A stretch of DNA of 64,000 nucleotides, taken from assembly GCF_001194135.2 (NCBI RefSeq), contig NC_068992.1, positions 13,482,200 to 13,546,199 on the forward strand, written 5' to 3'. This document shows positions 1 through 12,619 of the stretch, in pieces. The notes under the pieces are model-generated. The model was not told the DNA's origin. It made no database searches and saw only the letters and a program-made list of their open reading frames with translations. Each line of letters opens with the position of its first letter. The stretch's first letter is position 1. A program made the position numbers and the translations under genes. The stretch is from Octopus bimaculoides (lineage: Eukaryota).

Positions 1-48
<48 letters not shown>
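1..48. repeat. (TG)n microsatellite
   Basis: Pure TG run at the window start. Confidence 0.97.
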
Positions 49-53
<5 letters not shown>

Positions 54-126
54 AGGATTAATACAAAATAGCATTAGAATTAAATTTCATTCTTTTTTTA
101 TATATATACAGCGTCTGTATGTATGT

Positions 127-206
127 ATGTATACTATTTCTGTCATTTCTTTCAGTCACACGAGTACATGAATGTATACTATTTCTGTCATTTCTTTGAG
201 TCATAC
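127..206. repeat. Local direct duplication, 45-bp period
   Basis: atgtatactatttctgtcatttctttcagtcacac (127-161) recurs as atgtatactatttctgtcatttctttgagtcatac (172-206). Confidence 0.85.
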
Positions 207-329
207 TGACACGGAGAATTTTGACAGATTACTTTGGTACATGCCTACAGGAGATACGTGTTCGAATCCCACACGCAACTTTAAATACTTCTGTCGACAA
301 CAACTTGTAGACCCGATATTTACTTACTA

Positions 330-1150
330 TTATTTGTATCTTTACAGGTACTTCGAGTACCAATTCGGAAGGATTTTCTCTCGAAGTTTTATATATTCGT
401 TTATGTGAAAGATATCAGAACAAAACACATACAATTCAATCTATAGAGTGTACATCCATGTATGTCTAAATGGCAAGAAAAGTGGTATTTCCGACGATAG
501 AGGTCAACAAAAATGATTCATTTGATAAGTGGTTATAGAAAACTTTGCAGGATATGCGATTTGAAAATATGAAATGGGTGATGTTTCATGTGCAAGGGAT
601 TACGATAGGTAAACCAATAGTGAGGCAGCAAGAGCTAGTCTCGGATTCAGTTCTCAGATCTGAAACTCTTGTAGTGACAATCTCATGATCCACGCCATAC
701 AACAAATGATGGTGTGGTAAACTGTCACAATGCTAACAACGTAGAGTCTCACCCATGTGAAAAGATGACTTTACGCTAATTGTTAGGGTCATGTCACAAC
801 GAAACTATGGTTGTTGTGGAAGGTGTTTTCCCAATAAGGCGGGACGTAAATGTTTTGTAGAACGGTTACGCTTCAGAGCAAAAATCATTCGTAGTATCAC
901 AGGGGCCAATAAAAATATATGAGCCCTCAAATCGGTTATGAAGGCGACGGACACTGCTTCAGATTGATGTGGACTAGGTGTGGTGTGTCCTGAATAATAT
1001 AATGATTCGTGAAGCGCATCTACCTGAATATTCTTAACACTATTATGGGCTTCACTGCCCATGATTGATGAATGCCTCTCTCGGTTAAAATACCCGTAAT
1101 ACACAATAATCCTAGGTAATATCGCCGACGATGCATTCAGGTTCATCACA
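330..1150 (+). mobile_element. Possible heavily decayed MULE-type transposase/OTU-domain relic
   Basis: Interrupted + frames give GTSSTNSEG (~348) and EGDGHC-FR (~940-965), resembling the OTU catalytic GDGxCxFR motif; many stops and frameshifts. Confidence 0.22.
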
Positions 1151-1167
1151 ATTTACACTAAAATATA

Positions 1168-1212
<45 letters not shown>

Positions 1213-3262
1213 AGAGTGCCTGACTATGTATATATCTGTGTTTTGTATAATTTAGACTAACGGTTAAGAACAAGAGCAAATCATAAAGCATAAGTTTGCG
1301 TATGCGTGAAAGATTTAAGAATGTAAGAAAGGACAATAAGAAAGGCAGATAGGAAGCTACGCAAAAACCGGAAAGGAGACAAAGCAAGACTGTAGCATAC
1401 ATGACGTAGATATACTGAAACCTTATATACGGAGAAAGTGAAAATGATAAATAAATATAATACATAATATTATTTATTAGAAAAAGCAAATAACCGAAGC
1501 CTATTTTTTCTTCGTATGTTATTTAACGTTGACCAAAGTCAGATAAGAGCCGAAAAATTACCTTTAGGCAATGAAAATCTCTCTAATATGACGTGAAGGA
1601 AATTTAGCTTTTGTATTTGATATTATTTCTTTGCAATATAACCTAAGGGGAATCTGTGTTAGTTCTTTATTTTCGGTATGCGTGTGTAAATTTGGATACT
1701 TGTTTTGCAGGTGTTATATAGGAGTATATTTTTATTTTACTCGCAATTTACTTTACACACCGAAAACGTACGTCACAATAGATTCCGCATGTATGCAATT
1801 CACGCTCAAATCCGAAACGTAATTTTATATTTTAATAAGTATTTCATATCGTACTGCTCTAAGATGCAGGCTGTCACAAATATTGGAATAATATTATTTT
1901 ACATATTTGTTCATAATTGTGAGTCAATAATTATTTATGTCCAAAATGTCAAAATCATTAAGGAATTTCTTTGAATTATGTTAGTATATTTAAGGCAGAA
2001 AATGTGACATAGTTACATGATTTCAAGCAATCCATATTGAAATTCATGCACTTCCCTGTTGAGATAAGAACGTGCTTTTTAAAAGGGGGGGGGTCTTTTT
2101 CAACGATTGTTTCACAGAGAGAGATATGGACTGCTGCCAAAGCTAGAAATCAATATTATAATTCTACATTTTCCTCAATGTGATATTAATATATATTTTA
2201 TAATTCTAATAAACACCAAACAAAATTCTAATAACACAGAAAGCAATAACCTAAAGATTACAAATTTACTTTTCCTGAAAATAAAATTTGAAGCAAAACA
2301 ATTATTAAATTCACCATTGATTAAAAAAAAGGAATATTGAAATTTAACCTATTTTCTGAAGGCCGTAGACTACAACGTATTAGCATCACAAGCTAAAGGA
2401 AAATATCATGGAATATATTGAATATATTAAATGTATCCGACCAGACAGGAAATAATATATTTTTTAGGGTTTAGTGTATTGCCATATTAATTTCTTCCTT
2501 ACTGCGGAACGATGGGCAGCAAGAAACAAACTCTTATTGAGACAAATTCTCTGAGCGGTTTTATATCGATAATATATTTATTCGAAAGTTAAACATCTTA
2601 CATTCGGGTATATATACCATAATTGTTAATGGCTATAAGTAATATGTTTACTATACGGTGATCAAAAATAAATAATATACAATAATGATCGGAAACATTG
2701 TAAAAAAACATTGCATATGAAGATGAAAAAAAAACAAAAACAAATTCCAAGTAGCTCTTAATGTCTGCTTCAAACATACCGGCTTTTTAATGAAAATGGT
2801 TAATATTTAACACTTCACCTGGAGAAAATACTTATACATTGTTTAGATAACATATCTAGATAATCCTGTGGTTATATTCTAACGCTTGTTTACATCAAAC
2901 ATCGGGTGTTAAATTTCTATTCATCCCATCCACAAGATGGCAACAAATAACTTCCAGCGATTTAGAATTCACGACCCATTAGCTTTATCCCTAATATATA
3001 GCTTTCACTCCCATTCCAACTCTAGTAGATATGTGTGTGTGTGTGTGTGTGTGGGTGTGTGTNNNNNNNNNNCCATTCCAACTCTAGTAGATATGTGTGT
3101 GTGTGTGTGTGTGTGGGTGTGTGTGTGTGTGTGTGTGTGTATCAAATTTCACGGTTGATGTAGAAGTTGAATCTTGCTAAGTTTCATCGTTGTTAATGGC
3201 TGGAAGAATTAATGTTATTTTAATAAAAGAAAAACAATTAGTATTGTATCTAACCCCAACAG

Positions 3263-3315
3263 TTCCTACCTTGGAAGATGACGTATTCTTGCATGCGTTG
3301 CGAGGTCACAAGGAG
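3263..3315 (+). CDS. Candidate coding exon A (phase 1 to 0), unknown protein
   Basis: ctaac branch-like site and cag acceptor (3261-62); reads (x)PTLEDDVFLHALRGHKE; donor gag|gtacca; GC above background. Confidence 0.35.
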
Positions 3316-3431
3316 GTACCATTTATTAGGGGATGTTTAGGATCAAGGTATATTTAGAAATAAGCTATGTAAACAATACTGATATCTAAATTTCGATTTC
3401 AAAGAAATACACGCACACATACACACAAACA

Positions 3432-3770
3432 TATATGTAGGATGGTTAGTCAAAAACGATACGAAACTCAGGTATCTCTAATTTATTAGACACACATGAT
3501 ATTCCGGAAGTATATGTAGATAATGTACGAAGCAGACGTTGAATAATTACATGTCTTCGCGTCAATGTCTCCTTGTTATTCGATGCACTTCTCGTGGTCC
3601 ATATACTTGGTTATTCCACCGGAGAAGAAAGTCTTTTTTTAGTTGCGCAGCAATTCATGGATCACTTCGTGCGCTATCTCCTGCGTAGCAAATCGACAAC
3701 CGTGTAAAGGATATGTGAACGTTCGAAATAGGTGTTACTGATAAGGCTCAAGATATGTATTTTAAGTGGT
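3432..3770 (-). mobile_element. Tc1/mariner transposase C-terminal relic with probable terminal repeat
   Basis: Minus frames YLEPYQ*HLFRTFTYPLHGCRFATQE and KTFFSGGITKYMDHEKCIE*QGD match the mariner YSPDLAPSDYHLF...GIxKLxxRWEKCIxxxGDY tail; TIR-like tatgtaggatggttagtcaaaaac at ~3434-3457. Confidence 0.75.
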
Positions 3771-4261
3771 GTTTTAAGTGGTAGCGACCGGAAACATGGA
3801 AGGTCGCTTCATCAGAGAAAATGAATGAATAAAAAAATCTGGAATCTCTGGCTTCTGCCTGCATTCTTTCACAAAATTCGGCACGTCAAATAATCAATGA
3901 ATTAGAGAAAAAAATCAATGACATAGAAATAATAACAGCAGGCATCAAGAAACTACAGAACTAACAGACACATATAATTGAGAAACATAACTTTGGGCCT
4001 ACGCTATATATATATATATTTATAAGTATGAATCATTTGAATTAGATACTTAAATTGATGCACCTTGTTAGGTCTGAGTAACATGCATACTCAACAATAT
4101 TAACTGAGCCCAAACTTGGTGCATTTACCAGACACGATATTCCTGCAGTTTATGTAGATAATAAAACCCAGGTGAGTGAAGAAATCGCTCTTATTTGCAA
4201 GGCGTAGATTCTAGAACAGGTTAATAAAATATACGTGAGTAACAAAGAGGTACAAGTACAA

Positions 4262-4444
4262 TTCATTACGGCCGTTTAATTGCTTAATGAGAAGTGAGCA
4301 TTATTGCAAAGAAACCGCTCCGTTAATTTGTTAACTATGTTCAATGAGTTGAACTCTCCTTTATATCTGAAGATCATGAATTCTTCTTACCAATATGTAG
4401 ATAATAAATCAACTGGAAGAATAGTTAGAAACGGCCGTAATGAA
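4262..4444. mobile_element. MITE-like element with 16-bp perfect terminal inverted repeats
   Basis: ttcattacggccgttt (4262-4277) and its exact reverse complement aaacggccgtaatgaa (4429-4444); no clear TSD. Confidence 0.5.
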
Positions 4445-4884
4445 ATGACACCTGTCAGTTACATTAATTCCATTAATTACATATCACCGTACTCTTCAGG
4501 GCAGTAAGTAAAAACCATAATGCAAAGAGCTTGGGAAGGAATATTGCAGAAAAATTGAATCTCGGAGATTCATATTTTTATCTGTGTGAGAAAGAGATAT
4601 GAGTCATGTCGGATATAGAATATCTACAAGAATTAAACTTCTTATATGTTTTAACAACTTCTTGCCTCCGTTTATAACTAAATTGATGAATTTTATGGGA
4701 CTTTATTCCATAAATGCACCGAATATTATAATATTATATATTATATCTTCGCAAATTTACACGTGTTAACTCCCAGGAAAGTATGAAGAAATAACATTAG
4801 AAATCTTTGCTGAACTCTTCCAAATCAAAGGACGAATCCAAATTCAAACTTTATACAGCTATATGTATATATATATATATATTT

Positions 4885-5052
4885 ATATATACGACGTGCC
4901 TCTTTCAGTTTCCATCTATGACATCCAATCACAACGCTTTGGTCGGCTCGAAGCCTTAGAAGACATTTGCTCAAGGCACTAAGTGGTGACACTGAACCCC
5001 GAACTTTGTGGTTGAGAAGCAAGCTCCTTACCCCATAGCTACTCCTGCGCAT
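4885..5052 (-). mobile_element. tRNA-derived SINE family A (5' head and core)
   Basis: Reverse complement reads gcgcaggagtagctatggggtaaggagcttgcttctcaaccacaaagttcggggttcagtgtcacc...ccgaccaaagcgttgtgattggatg...; homologous to copies at 25803 and 40185. Confidence 0.85.
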
Positions 5053-5061
5053 ATACATATC

Positions 5062-5092
<31 letters not shown>

Positions 5093-6642
5093 CGTACGTA
5101 TACCGTACTGCTTATGTTCTTCGAGGAGGCAATTACATGCGCGCAAGAAATCCATAATATCCTTATTTTGCGAAGAAAGTTAGATTATGAACTTTGCATT
5201 CTTATCAACACCGTCCAAAATGCAAATGAGAAATATAGGGTTCATTGTCATGATACAAATACGAGAGTTATTGTTAGCATATATTTATTTAAAATTGAAA
5301 TAATGTATATAGAATAGAATTTAGGGACATTTGAACTGAAAGAAATGAATATACACTGCTTTCATGTACTTAGCGTTTCATTTTCGCCAACTCAGTATAA
5401 TTGAATTGTTTGTTGGCAAATATTGCTTTTATCTTGTATATCTATTTACTGATTACGTACTGAACAAACAGTATATTATCCTTTGTATATAACGATAAAA
5501 TATTAACGGAGTACACGCTAGAGATGTTCTGTTCTGTTTTCATTGCAACACCTGTGAGAATGGCGGTAATTAATAATTAATAGGGGCATAAAAGAAGTAA
5601 TAGCTAAGTTGTGTCTTTTTATCTATATAATTAACAACATTAACAACCATCAAGGGAAGTTTGAGTCAGCGACCGAGGTTCTGTCCTCTCACTTACGCTA
5701 CTATAATTACCATAAAATGTTCCCCAAATCACGCTTTACCTTAGCAAATACTCATTGGATGGGGTCGTCCTATATACCCTTAAAATGTGTGGATAATCAG
5801 TGCTGAAAATATCTTTGATCTTATCTCGTGCGAATTATTCGTTTGTTTTACCAGGGAAATGAACTTTTATTAAACCACATCGTTACTGACTGGAACCTAT
5901 TTATACAACACGCGATAGATGACTGGATTTTATGATTACTAATAGAAGTGGTCTGACAACAATATTAGACACCACTGAAATCTATAAGCCTATAACTTCC
6001 ATGCCAAAAACATACAATATCCTTTTAGTCATACTCGTAAAAAGGATTGTTCCTGGGATGGAATGTAAATACACATTACTTTAGAAACGCAATGCTTACT
6101 GAGATGTGATGTAATGAGCACATGCTGGCCAACTGGGATACTATAGAAAATGACAAATTGTAAACACGAAATGTAGCAGGCAGTGGGTACCGCAGACACA
6201 TAAAGTAGACACAATAAAAATAAGTTGCTTTAGTAATGTTATTGCACTAGAGAAACCAATTATGGCATTAAATATGAGAGAATGATCAAAATAAGGGCAC
6301 GCAGAATGATGATTTCATTTTAACTTCTAATTAATTCTGGTCTTTATATTATGCATTGAATGGGACCCTATATTTGTTCGTAAATTGAGAGGAGGTATAG
6401 ATATTTGATATTAGATGATTATGCTAACGTTGGAGGGAATACATTCACTAGTATATTTACCACTGAATGAAATAAATACATAGAACTATTAATACAATCT
6501 TGAATCGATTGTGCTAAATAAGGGTATTTTTCTGTGCTAAACGCAGAGACAAATGGTATGCTATTTGATGATCAGGAGGAAATGCATTTCTATAAATATT
6601 ACAGAAATTGTTAAAAGACAAAAATGCTAATATCAAATTCAG

Positions 6643-6727
6643 TCAATGCTATTGATAGCATACTTTACGATATAATGGCAAGTTCTTGTTTTGCTTGTGG
6701 ATATCCAAGAGGAGAAGATGTCGCCAA
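6643..6727 (+). CDS. Candidate coding exon B (phase 1 to 2), unknown protein
   Basis: ttcag acceptor (AG 6641-42); (V)NAIDSILYDIMASSCFACGYPRGEDVA(K); donor aa|gtatgt at 6728. Confidence 0.4.
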
Positions 6728-6967
6728 GTATGTCTACTGGATATGGTATTAATATATATATATAAATAAACGAGACCTCTGAGCTATAAACATGAACCAA
6801 ACAGACTTCACGAACGCCACCCAAATCAAATAGAAAATTCTTTCAATGAATAAATATGGTTTAAGACAAATCGATCAGAAAGGATCGAAAATGCATCTAC
6901 TCAGATATATGACTAAAAAATCATTTGGGAGAAAATACAGAAATGAAATGAAAATAAAGACAGTCTC

Positions 6968-7340
6968 AACAAGAGCACTCAGAGAGCGCTACCTCCGCCA
7001 TGACAACACCAGCGTCTTCTCAAAAGTTATCCACAGAGGTTTTTAAAATGAGAATATCTGAAATAAACTCGACTGCTCTCATAACGAGAATACTAAAAGT
7101 GAACTCGACCGCTCTCAGAAATTAAGTAAAGGAACAGGGAAAGTAATCTAGAATCCTTGTGCGGTACCGGATCGATCTCGAAATCTAATCTGTTCGTGAA
7201 AGTCACAAGGTCAAACAACCCCGAAAGGTCCATCCGAATCCATCCAGCGTATCTTGTGATATCTTGTCCACGGAGAAATAAACAAGCAGGCAAACACGAC
7301 TGAAAAGAATACCTCCGCCTTCGCTAAGGCGGAAGTAATA
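6968..7340 (-). mobile_element. HINE/DINE-1-like non-autonomous Helentron element
   Basis: Element 5' end tattacttccgccttagcgaaggcggaggta (hairpin), followed by a GTTT-like tract; 3' end ggcggaggt (subterminal IR), then agcgctc-tct-gagtgct stem-loop and cttgtt. Confidence 0.75.
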
Positions 7341-8229
7341 TTCAATAAAGCAAGTATAAAATTATTTCACATTTTAAATAATAGCCTTGTCATCCGCATA
7401 AGATTGTCTATTTTCAATGGAGTTTGTGTCGGTACTTGTTTCGATTTCCTCCTTTGTGTTTTCAAGCAAGATACTTCTGTGCTCTGAAAATCATTCACAA
7501 TATTAGTCATTCTTTCACATTCCCGCTTATTTTGTGTGTGAAATTTTATGGACGGAAACTGTATGTAATCATGTCGTGCGTGGGCTTATTCCAATCTGTT
7601 CACAAAGCTTTAACAGAATACATTCGCCTGTTCGAATTTCTGTCAAGACTCATATTCGAAGGAAAATTTCCCATTCATATTCGCTATCCTCAAAGGAATA
7701 GGAAGTTCATCGTCTTGAAGCTATTTATTAACAAGTTTATGTAAAATATTAGGAATTGAGGTACAAACAGCAGTAACCCAACCACGGCAATACAAAAGAT
7801 CATAAATTACGAAATATATCCAAAGAGACGCACATATCAAGCTGCAGAAAACAATGACTGAATTTATGAAACGCAAACTTATCACGGAGTCCATCATATG
7901 AAGGAATATGCGATCCTAAAATGTGATGTATGTACGTTCCGGAGTTTCAAATAACCGTGTAAATTTGTAAACCATGCGTCACAAATATTCATATTTGTCA
8001 GGTAATGGATACTTGTATACTTAGGTTTGGGTCAGAATTGGCCCAGGTCATAACTCATTTTGCAGCAACATATGCAAAAGATATTTTATAATGCTGCAAT
8101 ATCAGAGTGATACTGTGGCTACCACAGCCTGTTCAACATAACAATTAATGTTCGCAGATTTATATCCGCGCGTAGGTGGGTTATCTGGAATTGGTTGGAA
8201 GAAATCTTCTTAGAACCCTTTGAATATGA

Positions 8230-8425
8230 TATATGAAACAAATTGTTGTATACATTGCTGAGGTGCATTACAATTAAAAATGAATAAATAAGCCACCATG
8301 TGTTCTGTTGGCGGATTTCAGGAAGCATGGATATTTCGACAGCTAACCACTGATGCGGGTAATTTATTCCATGCTTCAACAAAATGTTTCCAAAAGTCAT
8401 GGGTACTGCGTAGATTTTTCATTCT
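8230..8425 (-). mobile_element. CR1-clade LINE 3' end (family 1)
   Basis: Minus frame HDFWKHFVEAWNKLPASVVSCR matches the CR1 ORF2 terminal RxxxxWNxLP motif, followed by 3' UTR. Confidence 0.7.
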
Positions 8426-8429
8426 GTAG

Positions 8430-8830
8430 TTCTTTCCTTCCCTCTAGTTTTATGGCATAATGTTAAAGAGAGCAGGGCCAGTTGAAGTAAAATAGTCATG
8501 GTTGGTTCTGTAATATGACGCAAGCACGACTTGTGTAGAGGACGGATGATAGGCGTTATGCGAAGTTTAAATTGTCACTAGCATGATCACGCAATATCGC
8601 TGGGATATTTTCCACATCATACAACTGATATTCCACTCACGGTGGCACTAGAGGCAACAGAAATTAAGCTCCTAGAGCCAATCCCAGAAATAAGACTACT
8701 CGAGTTGCCAATTTTTCGGGATTACTCTCTGTGGTGCTTCGATTTCCATATGGTACACTTTTGCACGAATATTTGGATAGTGTACATGTTATTTGCGAAG
8801 GCGTTCAGGTTATGACAGAACATATTTCCG
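8430..8830 (-). mobile_element. CR1-clade LINE ORF2 3' fragment (family 2)
   Basis: Frameshifted minus frames EIEAPQR...DWL*EL...CMMWK...IRPLHKS...HIT...HDYFTSTGPALFNI; same family as 55230-55385. Confidence 0.65.
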
Positions 8831-10140
8831 AGTGTACACCTGCATATGATTTAACATAGACAACATATTTAATTTAATACAAAGAACTGAGAGAAGGAAA
8901 AATATTATTATTCTGCAATACATAGAAAACGTGGATATATTAGATTGATATTTTAGGAAAAAATTGCAATTTCACTTTACGCTTTCCCTAATATTCTAGT
9001 GACTTTCAGGACATTTACACTTGATTAATGGTATATATTCATACATATGCATACGTACCTACATAGAGGAAAACATATATGTATATTTGTGTGTGTGCTT
9101 ACGTACTTATATAGGTATATATATTTATATATACACGCAGATACATGCATACAGAAACATTTACATACATGCATTCATGTATACATATGTATGTATGAAT
9201 GTATGTATTTATGTATGTACGTATTTATGTATGTATGAACATCATTTAACATGCAGTCACAAAGGAAATCTTGGAAAACTAATATAGATATTCTTCACCT
9301 GAGAACATATATAGATGCCTCTACAGTTATTAAATAATATACGACAACGATATTTATTTTTGCTATATTTGTTGTTAGAAATTTTAAATTAAAACATTAA
9401 TTCTCCGTGGATTCTTTTTGTGGTATATATATCAGCAAAATAATTAATTACGAAGATAACTCGCACCATTTATAATTTGATTTTGCACACAATATAAAGT
9501 GTTGATATCATTATCAGAAAAGAAGACGTTCTCCGTTTTATTAATAAGTATCACATCTTTTCTAAAGAACTTTAAAGAGTGTTCAATAATTTTGTTTATC
9601 TACTTGTGCATTCTAGACAGTATAATTTTAATTCTGTTTCGCATAAATAGTAAAAAAGTGTTTTCACATACGTTGTTCGTATTAAAATTTGAAGACACAA
9701 GTTCTAAATGTATTAAGCTACAAGAAAATCAATGTATCTTAGGCAATTTTCAGTTTGGAGAGAAAAATATACATGAAAGAAAAGAGTGTGTAAATTTCAT
9801 TCCAACAACAACTACAAATAAATTTAGTAATAACTTAATGAATTACATGCATAATTATTCTTATATTACTAGAAATATTTTGGTATTTGTTATGTTTCAA
9901 GCTACTGCTATCTAGCACCTTCGGATGATCTCTACTCAACTGCTATACAACCGCTACTCGACTGCTACTCAACACCTCTACCACGGCCAGACTACCACAT
10001 TTTATATGTCTTGGGAGATCCTACTTCTTCGCCTGGGGGTGTCGACACAACAGTATTATATAATTTCCTCTCTGAATTATTTAGCTATTAGTATATGACT
10101 GGAAACTACTGCTTCTGCTTCTTATAGTTGCTTACAGGTT

Positions 10141-10214
10141 AAGAGAGAGACTGAGAGAGAGAGAGAGAGAGAGCGACAGAGCGAGCGATAGAGAGAGCGA
10201 GCGATAGAGAGAGC

Positions 10215-10245
<31 letters not shown>

Positions 10246-10265
10246 AAAGAGAGGGAAAGAGAGAC
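10141..10265. repeat. (GA)n-rich microsatellite
   Basis: GA runs with gagcgata variants. Confidence 0.92.
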
Positions 10266-10626
10266 TACTATAAGATGAAAGTGAATAATCTACTCTAGGG
10301 GAGAGAACCGCTTATAGGTTTATAGGGAATTCTTTTTCCTATAAATATATTGTTGTGGCAGTCATGCTTTTATAAATTGCTACTAGGATGAAATGACTCC
10401 AAATATTGATTTCAATAGTCAGTGATGTCTGGATTTTCTGGAAAATCATATGTTCCTCTATAACGGTTGCTATAACGTATCAGACATGGTGACATGTTCA
10501 ATAGCTAAAGGATTATTGATATACATTTTGAATTCTATCCATTTATTATAGGCAATAATGTCATTTTGATTCCTATTTAGGATGACAAATAAACTTGACG
10601 TTATTATATGGTTGAACCATTAACAG

Positions 10627-10674
10627 AGGAACGGCGCTTCATGCCAACAGCTGCTCGTTTGAGGTGCCGCATAG
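10627..10674 (+). CDS. Weak candidate exon C (48 nt)
   Basis: aacag acceptor and ag|gtgact donor; two open frames (GTALHANSCSFEVPH or ERRFMPTAARLRCRI). Confidence 0.2.
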
Positions 10675-11234
10675 GTGACTAATTGAAATTCAATATGTCA
10701 CATGAAAGAGTTGTAGTCTATAAAATATGAATGGCTATTATGTTGAATCTTGCGATGAAGATGACGGAATCGGTAATAAGAACAATGATGGTTATGATGT
10801 TGACGATGATGATTATGACGACCGCGTAAATGATGACGCTAATAGTTGAGATGGTGGTAGCTGTGATCTTGACAATAACACCGATTATGGTTACGATGAT
10901 GAGGGAGATGACAATGATAATTGTCTAAAATTGGTAACAACAAGGGTTCTGTCTTTCCAAATATGAGATGGAGAGGAAAGTGTCGATGATGCTGGTTACT
11001 GAATCAATTTCATTAACAACTAGAAAACAATTTAAATCTATATTAATGAAATGCTAACTTTTACGCGATATACAGTAAGGTCGGATCTACAAGATGACAA
11101 TACAAAATTCATAAAAGGAAATCATATAATACAAATTATTTGGCTTATTATTTACTATCTTGACATTTGACACTGACGTTCAAATGACTAGTATCGATCA
11201 AGTTAGTAGAAAGAATCATCGTATTTGTAAGGGG

Positions 11235-11608
11235 ATGACGCTAATAATGATGACTAGAAGGAGGACGATGTTGACCAGTACGATGATGATAATGATTGTG
11301 GTAGTGGTTATGGCCATGGCGGTGGTGGTGGTGGTGGTGGTTTTGGTGGTGGTGGTGGTGGTGATGCTGATGATGAGGAGGAGGAAGAACAGGTGGAGAA
11401 GGAGGAGGAGGAAGAAGTGGATGTTGTTGAGGAGTAGGGGAAAGAAGAAGATGATGATGAGAATGATGATGATGATGATGAGGATGATGATGATGATGAT
11501 GATGATGAGGATGATGATGATGANNNNNNNNNNAATGATGATGATGATGATGAGGATGATGATGATGATGATGATGATGAGGATGATGATGATGATGATG
11601 ATGATGAC

Positions 11609-11642
<34 letters not shown>

Positions 11643-11652
11643 CTGATGAGCT
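11235..11652. repeat. Compound (GAT)/(GGT)/(GGA) trinucleotide repeat with internal 10-N gap
   Basis: Direct inspection; accounts for the poly-M and poly-H ORFs. Confidence 0.95.
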
Positions 11653-11909
11653 AATAGAATTTTTACTGTATTATTCCTATCAAAATAACATTTATAAATA
11701 GTGGCGTCCAGAACCAAATGATTTCATATTTGAGTCAATAAATGACACGGAATAGATATGACGATGTATCGTTATATGGATTCACAGCCACAACATTTCG
11801 GCGGCCGTTTGCAAATGATGGAATCGATCCTATGTCGTGAATAATATTTTCGTTATCTATTGAAAACATGAAATGCTAAAACAGTTGACTGTGCAACATA
11901 TGCAACTAC

Positions 11910-12295
11910 AAGGAGCATCCTTGCGAGCGGTTTGAACTCTTTGGTACCAGGACACTTCGCAGGATTATGGATTAACATTGGTCGGATTTTGTATCCAACC
12001 AACGGCTATAAGTAGAAAATGAGATGTATTTGACTCGATTTTCCAAGTTGTATCCAGTGTATCATGTTTTCTTGTCTGACGGTCTGGCTGCGGTGACGAT
12101 AGGCATTGGTCGGCCACAGGTTACACGGTCACGGCGGTGACTTACATGGACACCGCTAGGGGATACCGATCCTTTAGAGATGGGAAATGACAGGGACACC
12201 ACTCCAAGAGTTGCCCGAGACGTCCCGAGCACATACCAATGAACGGTAGATTCACCGACGTATAGCAACGGCGTATAACCCCATACTTAACCTAT
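11910..12295 (+). mobile_element. RTE-clade LINE 3' fragment (family 1)
   Basis: FGTRTLRRIMD*HWSDFVSNQRL...GRPQVT, typical post-RT RTE motifs (LRRIxGxxWxDxVSN; GRP); ends ggcgtataaccccatacttaacct. Confidence 0.8.
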
Positions 12296-12619
12296 AACAA
12301 CAAGAATAAACAGCAATAGTAGCAATAAAGTAAATATAATTAATATAAAACATAAACACTCTAGGGCGTTACGAACACCACTCATATTCATAGGTCCTAA
12401 AACAAGCACCATGAGAGCAAGTGTTGAAAACTACTGCCTAAAATCTGAGTGATGTGTCGCAAATATCTTTTCTACAAAAGTAATACTTCTAACATAGTCT
12501 TCAATGATAGTCCACGTTTGAAAGAAATGCATAAATAAAATAGAGGCCAAATATAATTACTGTTTGTCACAAAGAGGCGGCTATCATTATATATTGAAAA
12601 TGAATATTTCTTAATCTAG

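Noticed and set aside
629-729. Double hairpin ending in ACA (H/ACA snoRNA-like)
   Set aside because: No ANANNA hinge box, and the pocket-to-ACA distance (~9 nt) is shorter than the canonical 14-16 nt; the stems are at chance level
3011-3140. Direct repeat ccattccaactctagtagatatgtgtg... on both sides of a 10-N gap (likewise 56620-56680 and 11460-11590)
   Set aside because: Typical scaffold-overlap artefact at unresolved microsatellites, not a real duplication
4072-4171. Apparent exon ending in cag|gtgagt (HDIPAVYVDNKTQ)
   Set aside because: The obvious acceptor at 4071 gives stops in all frames, and the segment resembles the mariner-associated motif at 3498
5740-5802. Minus-strand AG..GT frame TDYPHILRVYRTTPSNEYLL, faintly like a RapGEF RA-domain start
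   Set aside because: Similarity too weak by eye and no partner exons found; such frames are expected by chance
11160-11717. Poly-Met / poly-His ORFs (164 and 158 aa)
   Set aside because: Translations of (GAT)/(CAT) microsatellites spanning an N-gap; not coding
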